A stretch of 52,436 nt of DNA from an uncultured Steroidobacteraceae bacterium (GTDB lineage Bacteria; Pseudomonadota; Gammaproteobacteria; Steroidobacterales; Steroidobacteraceae). The notes under the pieces were generated by a model. That model did not search any database, was not told where the DNA came from, and worked only from the letters and a program-made list of their open reading frames with translations. Both the position numbers and the translations under genes were made by a program. The stretch lies in assembly GCA_964456255.1 (NCBI GenBank), contig CAYWDZ010000002.1, positions 1-52,436 of the forward strand, in the 5' to 3' direction. This document shows, piece by piece, positions 45,470 to 52,436 of this stretch. The number at the start of each line of letters is the position of its first letter. Position 1 is the first letter of the stretch.

Positions 45470-47281
45470 ATGGCGCCGATCCTGCGCCTCGACAATGTAT
45501 CGCTCGCATTCGGTTCGCGGCCACTGCTCGAACACGCCTCGCTGCAGGTCGAACCGGGCGAGCGTGTCTGCATCGTCGGGCGCAATGGCGAGGGCAAGAG
45601 TTCGCTGCTGCGCCTGGTGAGCCGCGCGCAGCTGCCCGATGCAGGTGAAGTGTGGCTGCGTCCTGGCGCGCGCCTGGCGGTGATGGAGCAGGACATCGTT
45701 TCCGTTGCCCATGCCACCGTTGAAGAAGTGGTCACGGCGAGCGTTGCCGCCGCAGCCGGGCTCGAGAGCTGGGAAGTTCCCACGCGTGTCGCCACGGTGC
45801 TCTCGCAGCTGGGGCTCGATGGCGCAGTGCGTTACGAGGAGCTCTCGGGCGGCTGGCGACGGCGGGCACTGCTCGCGCGCGCGCTGGCCGTGGAGCCCGA
45901 ACTGCTGTTGCTGGACGAGCCCACCAATCATCTGGATATCCCCACCATCGAATGGCTGGAGAACCTGCTGCGCGAATTCCGCGGTGCGCTGCTGTTCGTG
46001 AGCCATGACCGCCGCTTCGTGGATCGGGTGGCAACGCGCATCGTGGATCTGGATCGCGGCCAGCTTTCCAGCTGGCCCGGCAACTTCAGCGACTACGCAG
46101 CCAGGAAGAGCGCGCAACTGGCCGACGAAGCGCGCGCCAATGAACTGTTCGACAAGCGCCTGGCGCAGGAAGAAGTGTGGATCCGCAAGGGAGTCGAAGC
46201 CCGGCGCACGCGCAATGAGGGGCGCGTGCGCGCACTGCTGGCAATGCGCAATGAACGCCGCGCGCGGCGCGATCGCCCGGGCCAGGCGAACATGGCGGTG
46301 CAGGAGGCCAGCGCCTCGAGCGAGCTGGTGTTCGAGGCGGAGGACGTCGCCGTCGCCTACGGCGAGAAGGTCATCTTCAGCGGCCTCACGACGCGGATCC
46401 TGCGGGGCGAGCGAATTGGCATCGTCGGCCCCAATGGCGTCGGCAAGAGCACGCTGCTGAAACTGCTGCTCGGCGATCTGGAGCCCACCAGCGGACGCGT
46501 GCGCCGTGGCGGGCGCCTGGAAGTCGCCTACTACGATCAGCAGCGCGCACAACTCGACCTGGATGCATCGGTGGCGCACAACATCAATGCACGCAGCGAC
46601 TTCGTGCTGGTCAATGGCCAGAACCGCCACGTCTCCGGCTACCTGCGTGACTTCCTGTTCCGGCCGGATCAGCTGCTGACTCCGGCACGCGCGCTGTCGG
46701 GCGGCGAGCGCAACCGCCTGCTGCTGGCACGGCTGTTCGCGCAGCCAGCCAACCTGCTGGTGCTGGATGAGCCAACCAATGATCTGGACATCGACACCCT
46801 GGAACTGCTGCAGGAGCTGGTAGCCGAGTTCTCCGGCACGCTGTTACTGGTCAGCCACGATCGCGCCTTCCTCGACAATGTGGTGACCAGCCTGCTGGTG
46901 CTTGAAGGCGATGGTCGCGTGCAGGACTTTGTCGGTGGCTATGGCGACTGGGCGCGCTGGCGCGATGAACGCGACGCCGCCAGGCTGGCCGCGTCCATCA
47001 CTGCGCGACGCCATGCCGCGGCGGAATCCGCGCGCGCTGCCAATGCCCCTGCACCGGCGCGTCGCAAGCGCAGCTACAAGGAACAGCGCGAGCTGGCCGA
47101 ACTGCCGGCACAGCTCGAGAATCTGGAAGCGCGCAAGGCGCAGCTGGCGCGAGAAACCGAAGACCCGGCGTTCTACAGCCGACCGCATGCCGAAGTCGCC
47201 GCGAGCCTGGCAGAACTCGCCGAGCTCGACGCACAGATTGAAGCTGCCTTTGCACGCTGGGCAGCGCTGGAGGGCAATTGA
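45470..47281 (+). CDS. uup: ABC-F family ATPase Uup
   Basis: 603 aa. Two ABC cassettes (GRNGEGKSS and GPNGVGKST) and a C-terminal coiled-coil, basic tail. Colinear with E. coli Uup as I recall it. Confidence 0.85.
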   Translation: MAPILRLDNVSLAFGSRPLLEHASLQVEPGERVCIVGRNGEGKSSLLRLVSRAQLPDAGEVWLRPGARLAVMEQDIVSVAHATVEEVVTASVAAAAGLESWEVPTRVATVLSQLGLDGAVRYEELSGGWRRRALLARALAVEPELLLLDEPTNHLDIPTIEWLENLLREFRGALLFVSHDRRFVDRVATRIVDLDRGQLSSWPGNFSDYAARKSAQLADEARANELFDKRLAQEEVWIRKGVEARRTRNEGRVRALLAMRNERRARRDRPGQANMAVQEASASSELVFEAEDVAVAYGEKVIFSGLTTRILRGERIGIVGPNGVGKSTLLKLLLGDLEPTSGRVRRGGRLEVAYYDQQRAQLDLDASVAHNINARSDFVLVNGQNRHVSGYLRDFLFRPDQLLTPARALSGGERNRLLLARLFAQPANLLVLDEPTNDLDIDTLELLQELVAEFSGTLLLVSHDRAFLDNVVTSLLVLEGDGRVQDFVGGYGDWARWRDERDAARLAASITARRHAAAESARAANAPAPARRKRSYKEQRELAELPAQLENLEARKAQLARETEDPAFYSRPHAEVAASLAELAELDAQIEAAFARWAALEGN

Positions 47282-48012
47282 GCGCCAGCGGGAACGAACC
47301 AGAAGTGCAGCGGCGTCCGATCCGCAGCTATGTGCTGCGCGCGGGCCGCATGACCGCGGCGCAGGCGCGGGCGCTCGAACAGCTCTGGCCGCGCTATGGC
47401 ATCGAGGCCGGCAGCGAACCGCTGGATCTGCCTCAGCTGTTTGGCCGCGACGCGCAGCGCACGCTGGAAATCGGCTTCGGCAATGGTGAAAACCTGGCGG
47501 CGCTGGCCGCCGCCCATCCGGATCAGGATTTCATCGGCGCCGAAGTCCATGCGCCGGGCGTCGGGCACCTGCTGCACAAGGCAGCCGAGGGCGGGCTGCA
47601 CAATCTGCGCGTCAGCCGGCAGGATGCCGTGGAACTGCTGCGCGATCGCCTGGCTCCGCAGTCACTGGACACGATTCTGGTGCTGTTTCCCGACCCCTGG
47701 CACAAGAAGCGTCACCACAAGCGACGCCTGGTCAACGCTGAATTCGCGGCACTGGCCGCTTCGCGGCTGAAACCGGGGGGCACACTGCAGCTGGCTACGG
47801 ACTGGACACCCTACGCCGAGTGGATGTGCGAAGTGCTCAACGCCGCGCCGGGCTTGCGCAACCGCTCACCCGATGGCCATTACGTGCCCCGCAATCCGGG
47901 CCGCCTGCGTACGCGCTTCGAGGCGCGCGGCGAGCGGCTCGGCCACGCAGTGCATGATCTGTGCTATGAGCGGATCAGTGCTTCTGACCGCGAACCAGCT
48001 TCACGACGCTGA
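47278..48012 (+). CDS. trmB: tRNA (guanine46-N7)-methyltransferase
   Basis: The TTG start overlaps the uup stop. Motifs: IRSYVLRAGRMTAAQARALEQLWP, LEIGFGNGE, LFPDPWHKKRHHKRRL. Confidence 0.87.
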   Translation: MSASGNEPEVQRRPIRSYVLRAGRMTAAQARALEQLWPRYGIEAGSEPLDLPQLFGRDAQRTLEIGFGNGENLAALAAAHPDQDFIGAEVHAPGVGHLLHKAAEGGLHNLRVSRQDAVELLRDRLAPQSLDTILVLFPDPWHKKRHHKRRLVNAEFAALAASRLKPGGTLQLATDWTPYAEWMCEVLNAAPGLRNRSPDGHYVPRNPGRLRTRFEARGERLGHAVHDLCYERISASDREPASRR

Positions 48013-48085
48013 ACAACATGAAACCGAAGATGGCGATGGCGGCCAGCGCATGGAATACCGTCAGGCTGTAAGCGATGTCTTTCAT
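47975..48085 (-). CDS. possible 36-aa hydrophobic small protein
   Basis: The ATG at 48085 is preceded by GAGGA, 6 nt upstream. Product: MKDIAYSLTVFHALAAIAIFGFMLFSVVKLVRGQKH, one TM helix plus a basic tail. It is absent from the ORF track (under 60 aa) and overlaps the non-conserved trmB tail by 38 nt. Confidence 0.3.
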   Translation of the reverse strand: MKDIAYSLTVFHALAAIAIFGFMLFSVVKLVRGQKH

Positions 48086-48235
48086 ATGGATCCTCAATGA
48101 TCTCCGGGGTTAACTTAATTGCCGACACTGCAATTGCCTCGTAGGCCATTGCATAGACAGCTATATGGTCCACATGTTCCCGGATCTGATCAAGATGGAC
48201 TGCCGAACAGGTCTCAAAACCGAGCGGGAGGGCCC

Positions 48236-49363
48236 GTGGAGCTTCTGAAAGTACTGGCGATGCCGTTTCAGCTCGGCAGTTTGCTGTTCGTGGCAGCTTC
48301 TTCGTTGCTGCTGGGCTGGCTGCTTTCCATGGCCGAAGGCCTGCGGATGCTGCTGATCCTGGCGCTGTTCGCGATCTGGCTGTTGCTGGTCTGGCAGATC
48401 AACTATGCCCTGCGCCTGATCGACGATGCGGCCAACGGCGTGCGCGAGAGCGCCGCAGCCTCCGGCGAAATGATGACCGACGCGTACCTCGATTCACGGG
48501 CATGGATCCACCCCTTGCTGGCTGTCTCACTGTCGGCAGCTCACGTTCTGCTCGGCTGGCCAGTGGCGCCCACGCTGGGACTGGCTGTCGTGCTGCTCCC
48601 GGCTTCGCTCGGCGCATGCATCATCACCGGCCGCGCTCTTGATGCATTCAACGCGCTCACGATCTGGCGCGTGATCCGCGGCCTCGGAATCTGGTACGCA
48701 GTGCTGGTCGGGTTCATCGGGCTGTGCGCGGTGGCAGGCGTCGTCCTCGCGCGCGCCATGCACCCCGGGTTCCTGATGGTTGCAGTACTGCAACTGTTGC
48801 TGCTGCTCGTGTATGCCGCAATTGGCGGCGCACTCTACGAGCGTCGCTTCGAACTCGGCTTCGACCCGCGCATCAGCCCGGAGCGCATGGCCGAGAAGAT
48901 CGAGGCCGAGCGCGTGGCGCGCCGCCAGCATTTTCTGGACGGCGTGTACAACGATCTGCGTGTGCGCGAAACCCAGCGTGCGCTGGCGAAAGCACGCGAA
49001 TGGCTGGCAACCGCCGAGCCCTCGAAGCGCATCGGCGACGTCAACGCGATCATCGCGGCAGGACGGACATGGACGGAGGTGCGTGACCATGCGCTCCTGC
49101 TGCAAGGCCTGATGTCCCTGGTGATCGATCTGAAGCAACCCGGGTTGGCCTGCACGGTGGCCGAGGCGGGGCTTGACGTGACACCCGAGTTCCGCGCGAA
49201 GACGGAGGCCGAGACCATGGCACTGGCCACCTATGCGATGGAGACAGGCCGGCGGCGCACCGCCGCACGGCTGCTGGAGAATTTCATCAAGCGCGCCGAG
49301 CCGGGGTTCCGACCCGGTGCGCAGCTGGCCGCGCTGCGCGAGCGGTTGCAGCCGCCCGCCTAG
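48236..49363 (+). CDS. hypothetical polytopic membrane protein with a helical, TPR-like C-terminal domain
   Basis: GTG at 48236 follows GGGAGG; an ATG alternative lies at 48260. About six TM segments, then a soluble alpha-helical domain of about 170 aa. I recognised no family. Confidence 0.6.
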   Translation: MELLKVLAMPFQLGSLLFVAASSLLLGWLLSMAEGLRMLLILALFAIWLLLVWQINYALRLIDDAANGVRESAAASGEMMTDAYLDSRAWIHPLLAVSLSAAHVLLGWPVAPTLGLAVVLLPASLGACIITGRALDAFNALTIWRVIRGLGIWYAVLVGFIGLCAVAGVVLARAMHPGFLMVAVLQLLLLLVYAAIGGALYERRFELGFDPRISPERMAEKIEAERVARRQHFLDGVYNDLRVRETQRALAKAREWLATAEPSKRIGDVNAIIAAGRTWTEVRDHALLLQGLMSLVIDLKQPGLACTVAEAGLDVTPEFRAKTEAETMALATYAMETGRRRTAARLLENFIKRAEPGFRPGAQLAALRERLQPPA

Positions 49364-49992
49364 CCCGCAGCCGCCAGCAATCCGCCGCGCAGGCCGTCGA
49401 TCATGTATTGCACGGCCAGCGCGCCCAGCACCACTCCGAACAGCCGGTTCATCACGTTGGCGCCTGTCACCCCCATCAGGCGGTGAATCGGCGTCACCAG
49501 ATAAAGCGTCAACCACGCGATCGCCAGCGCCAGCGCCACGCAGGCCAGCAGTCCGCTGAACAGCAGTGGATCGTCTGCGGCGGGACCAAAGGCCAGCAGG
49601 ATGGTGGTCAGCGAGCCTGGTCCCGCGATGAACGGAAATGCCAGCGGAAACACCGATATGTCCGCGCGGCTCTTGCCCTCCTCCACTTCCGGAATGGAGG
49701 TGCGCGAGCCCGAGGCATGCGCAAACACCATTTCGAGGGCGATCAGCAGCAGCAGCAAGCCACCGAAGATGCGAAACGCATCAAGACTGATTCCCAGCAG
49801 GCGCAGGAACAGCGCGCCGCCGAATGCGAACAGCAGAAAGATTCCGCCGGCGATCAGCACACCCTTGCGTGCCATGCGACGCCGTTCCTTCTCCGTGACA
49901 CCTTCTGTCACGGCAATGAAGATCGGGATCACGCCAATAGGCTCCACCACCACGAGAAACGTGACGAAGAACTTGAGCAAGTGGTCAATCAT
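49360..49992 (-). CDS. MarC family (UPF0056) membrane protein
   Basis: ATG at 49992 (MIDHLLKFFVTFLVVVEPIGVIPIFIAVT). 210 aa, six TM segments, with FPLAFPFIAGPGSLTT. Track ORF 49360..50517 is an upstream extension. Confidence 0.82.
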   Translation of the reverse strand: MIDHLLKFFVTFLVVVEPIGVIPIFIAVTEGVTEKERRRMARKGVLIAGGIFLLFAFGGALFLRLLGISLDAFRIFGGLLLLLIALEMVFAHASGSRTSIPEVEEGKSRADISVFPLAFPFIAGPGSLTTILLAFGPAADDPLLFSGLLACVALALAIAWLTLYLVTPIHRLMGVTGANVMNRLFGVVLGALAVQYMIDGLRGGLLAAAG

Positions 49993-50094
49993 GGTGCCCT
50001 GCGCAAAATTGAATGCTTGTCGTGATCGCCGGGTCGGGAGCAGGATAACAGTGGACGTCATCACTTGGCACTCGACACTACGCGGAGGATCGGC

Positions 50095-50421
50095 ATGAGC
50101 CACATGCAGTTCATCGAACCTGTCGTGGGCGACTGGTATCGCAGCCACGGCCAGATCTTTGAAGTCGTCGCCATCGATGATGCCGAGCGCGTCATCGAAA
50201 TCCAGCATGCCGACGGCGATCTGGAAGAAATCGAGTTCGAGGACTGGGCTACGCGCTGCCGCGCGGGCTCGCTGGCGACAGCCGAAGTGGCGCCCGAGAG
50301 CCTGCGCGCATCCACCGATATCGAGCCCGAGGACCAGCCCAGCCAGTTCCCGCAGACATTCGAGGAATTGCGCGGCCTGCGCGCGGCCGATCCGTTGGAG
50401 GATCTGGATCTGTTTGAGTGA
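50095..50421 (+). CDS. hypothetical acidic protein
   Basis: ATG at 50095 follows GGAGG at 6-nt spacing. 108 aa, very acidic (IEIQHADGDLEEIEFEDW...DPLEDLDLFE). No recognised family. Confidence 0.55.
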   Translation: MSHMQFIEPVVGDWYRSHGQIFEVVAIDDAERVIEIQHADGDLEEIEFEDWATRCRAGSLATAEVAPESLRASTDIEPEDQPSQFPQTFEELRGLRAADPLEDLDLFE

Positions 50422-50437
50422 GGGCCCCGCAAGCCCT

Positions 50438-50830
50438 TCAGGGCAGAAACGGGTTGCGGTCGAGCCGCGCGGTATCCAGATCCTCGGTGAGCCGGATCTC
50501 GCCATTGACCAGTTCAACTGGCAACCGGCGCAGCGATTCGCCCACGCACGGGCCCGCCACGCACAGCCCGGTGTCTTTCTCGAATTGCGCGCCGTGGGAA
50601 CTGCACTGGATCAGCGTGCCATCGGGGCTCAGGAACCCGTCGGGCCGGAAATTCAGCTGCCGCAGCGCGTGCGGACAGCGGTTCAGGTAGGCATGCACCA
50701 CGGCTCCCACCCGCACCAGGAAGGCCGTCAGCGGCCACTCGCCCTCGGTGAGTGCGAACTCGCGGGCTGCGCCATCGGGAAGCGCGGCCACGCGACCAAG
50801 GACTGTACCGGCGGGAAGCACTGCACTCAT
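50438..50830 (-). CDS. Rieske (2Fe-2S) domain protein
   Basis: 130 aa with CPHALRQL...CSSHGAQF (CxH...CxxH). Its ATG overlaps the ampG stop (ATGA). Confidence 0.82.
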   Translation of the reverse strand: MSAVLPAGTVLGRVAALPDGAAREFALTEGEWPLTAFLVRVGAVVHAYLNRCPHALRQLNFRPDGFLSPDGTLIQCSSHGAQFEKDTGLCVAGPCVGESLRRLPVELVNGEIRLTEDLDTARLDRNPFLP

Positions 50831-52155
50831 GGACGGCCTGCCTCGCCTCCCCGGCTCGTTCCCGCATCGCCCAGCGCCTGGTCCACCAGGCCGGTGCGCA
50901 TCATGTACCAGAACAGCAGGATACCCGGCAGCGCCGCGAGTGTGGTCAGCAGGTAGAAGTTCACGTAGCCCAGCGATTCGATCATCTGTCCGGCCATGGT
51001 TCCACTGAGCACGCGGCCGACAACACTGGCGGCGGCCGAGATCAGCGCGTACTGCGCGGCAGTGAAGCGCAGATTGGCCAGCGCAGAGAAGTACGCAACC
51101 ACCACCACGCCGCCATAGCCACTCGCAGTGTTTTCGAATCCGATCGATGCCGCGAGGCCGAAGTTGCTGTGTCCTGCGGCGGCCAGCAGCGCGAAGCTGA
51201 AGTTCGAGATACCCATCAGCACCAGCGCCAGCAGCACCGATCGTTTCAGGCCGAGCCGTTCATACAGCGCACCGCCCAGGAAGATGCCGATGAGGTAGGC
51301 CCAGAATCCGACACCGACATCCCAGGTCGCGATCTCGTCATTCGAGAATTGCAGATCGTTGAACAGCAGCCGCACCGTGAGCTGCGCCAGCGTGTCGCCG
51401 ATCTTGTGCAGCAGGATGAACAGCAGCACCAGCCACGCGCCGTTGCGCTGAAAAAACTCCACGAACGGACCTGCTATCGAAGCCCGGACTTCCGCCATGC
51501 TGCGGCGCGGATTGTGGACGACGTGTCTTGCCGGCTCGCCCAGCACCAGCGCGGTGACCATCGCCGGCAACGCGAATATGAGGGTCGCGAGGTATCCAGC
51601 GTGCCAGCCTGCGCGCCCGGCCACCACCAGTGCGAGCGCCGCAGCGCCTGCCGACCCGATGCGCCAGCCGTACTGGGTCATGCCCGAACCCGTGCCCAGC
51701 TGCTCGGGCTTCAACGTTTCAATTCGATAGGCATCAATGACGATGTCATAGGTCGCACCTGCCACCGCCACCAGAATGGCCGCAACTGCCATGTGCTGGA
51801 TGCTGGCCGCCGGATCAGCGAGCGCCAGGTTGATCACGGCCGCGATGACCAGCACGCCGGACAGAAGCATCCATGACACGCGCTGGCCCAGTCGGCCGAT
51901 CAAGGGCAGGCGCAGGCTATCCACCACCCAGGCCCAGAGAAACTTCAGGTTGTAGGCCAGGAAGGCGAGCGAGAAAGCCGTGACCGTGCTCTTCTTGATG
52001 CCATCCTGCGCCAGGCGCGTGGTCAGCGTGGCCGCGATCATCGCGTAGGGAAACCCGGAAGAGACGCCGACGAAGAAAGCCGCCAGGGCCTCCTTCTCGA
52101 AGTAGTGGCTGACCGAGTGCCAGAGCTTGCGGCGGCCGACCGCGGGCTGGGTCAC
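50827..52155 (-). CDS. ampG: AmpG family muropeptide MFS permease
   Basis: 442 aa with a GTG start. N-terminus [26 protein letters not shown] and an overall 12-14 TM pattern typical of AmpG. Confidence 0.85.
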   Translation of the reverse strand: MTQPAVGRRKLWHSVSHYFEKEALAAFFVGVSSGFPYAMIAATLTTRLAQDGIKKSTVTAFSLAFLAYNLKFLWAWVVDSLRLPLIGRLGQRVSWMLLSGVLVIAAVINLALADPAASIQHMAVAAILVAVAGATYDIVIDAYRIETLKPEQLGTGSGMTQYGWRIGSAGAAALALVVAGRAGWHAGYLATLIFALPAMVTALVLGEPARHVVHNPRRSMAEVRASIAGPFVEFFQRNGAWLVLLFILLHKIGDTLAQLTVRLLFNDLQFSNDEIATWDVGVGFWAYLIGIFLGGALYERLGLKRSVLLALVLMGISNFSFALLAAAGHSNFGLAASIGFENTASGYGGVVVVAYFSALANLRFTAAQYALISAAASVVGRVLSGTMAGQMIESLGYVNFYLLTTLAALPGILLFWYMMRTGLVDQALGDAGTSRGGEAGRP

Positions 52156-52220
52156 AGTTGAACGCGGGAGGTTATGATGCGCACCCGGCGATCATAGCGG
52201 CTTTGCTCTCCCCGAAATCA

Positions 52221-52436
52221 ATGCACGACTACCAGAACGAATTCATCCGCCACGCCCTTGGCCGCAACGCGCTGCGCTTCGGCGAGTTCACGCTGAAATC
52301 AGGTCGCGTGAGCCCGTACTTCTTCAATGCCGGCGCGTTTGATGATGGCGCCTCGCTCGCGGTACTGGGTCGCTGCTATGCCGATGCCATCGTGGCATCC
52401 GGGCTGCAGTTCGACATGCTGTTCGGCCCCGCCTAC
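52221..52436 (+). CDS. pyrE: orotate phosphoribosyltransferase (5' part, runs off the window)
   Basis: [38 protein letters not shown] matches the PyrE N-terminus. The frame stays open to the window end. Confidence 0.88.
   Translation, partial: MHDYQNEFIRHALGRNALRFGEFTLKSGRVSPYFFNAGAFDDGASLAVLGRCYADAIVASGLQFDMLFGPAY

Overview
This is a high-GC, densely coding chromosomal segment from a Gram-negative bacterium. Gene content (MopB-like OmpA, many TonB-dependent receptors) suggests a Xanthomonadales-type gammaproteobacterium, but that is an inference made without any database search. I support about 50 protein genes and two tRNAs (tRNA-Phe GAA, tRNA-Gly CCC). I found no rRNA, CRISPR array, IS element, integrase, prophage or recognisable defence genes.

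Content from left to right:
- Glycogen genes glgB and glgP, convergent, sharing a CTAG stop.
- A secreted-protein/DUF192 pair and an OmpA-family porin with a very long poly-proline linker.
- feoA-feoB plus a small Cys-rich feoB-coupled ORF, divergent from a 920-aa TonB-dependent receptor.
- fbp, then modBC without modA.
- GDSL esterase, CNNM/TlyC protein, MATE pump, SUI1/YciH, PCu(A)C, ABC-F yheS-like, ribA, ygiD-like dioxygenase.
- An MFS / His-rich protein / TonB-receptor operon and a Tat-signal Fe/Mn-SOD-like protein.
- tRNA-Phe, yggX-mutY and an orphan NarL regulator.
- The most unusual block (31.4-37.8 kb, minus strand): a MacA / MacB-ATPase / MacB-permease operon, then a 721-aa secreted protein, then a divergent MTHFR-fold protein. 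The 721-aa protein has duplicated N-terminal modules, seven 'GloVer'-type repeats, an Ig-like domain and a GlyGly-CTERM-like anchor. Its stop overlaps the start of the MTHFR-fold gene (ATGA).
- Yip1, SDR and an O-methyltransferase, then tRNA-Gly.
- Aldo/keto reductase, class-V aminotransferase, Cys-type sulfatase, a short rhomboid protease, uup, trmB.
- A polytopic membrane protein, MarC, a Rieske protein coupled to ampG, and the 5' end of pyrE.

Many very long ORFs in the six-frame track are antisense high-GC shadows or upstream extensions of real genes, and I trimmed or rejected them. All family assignments rest on motif recognition by eye. Start codons are the least certain part of the coordinates.
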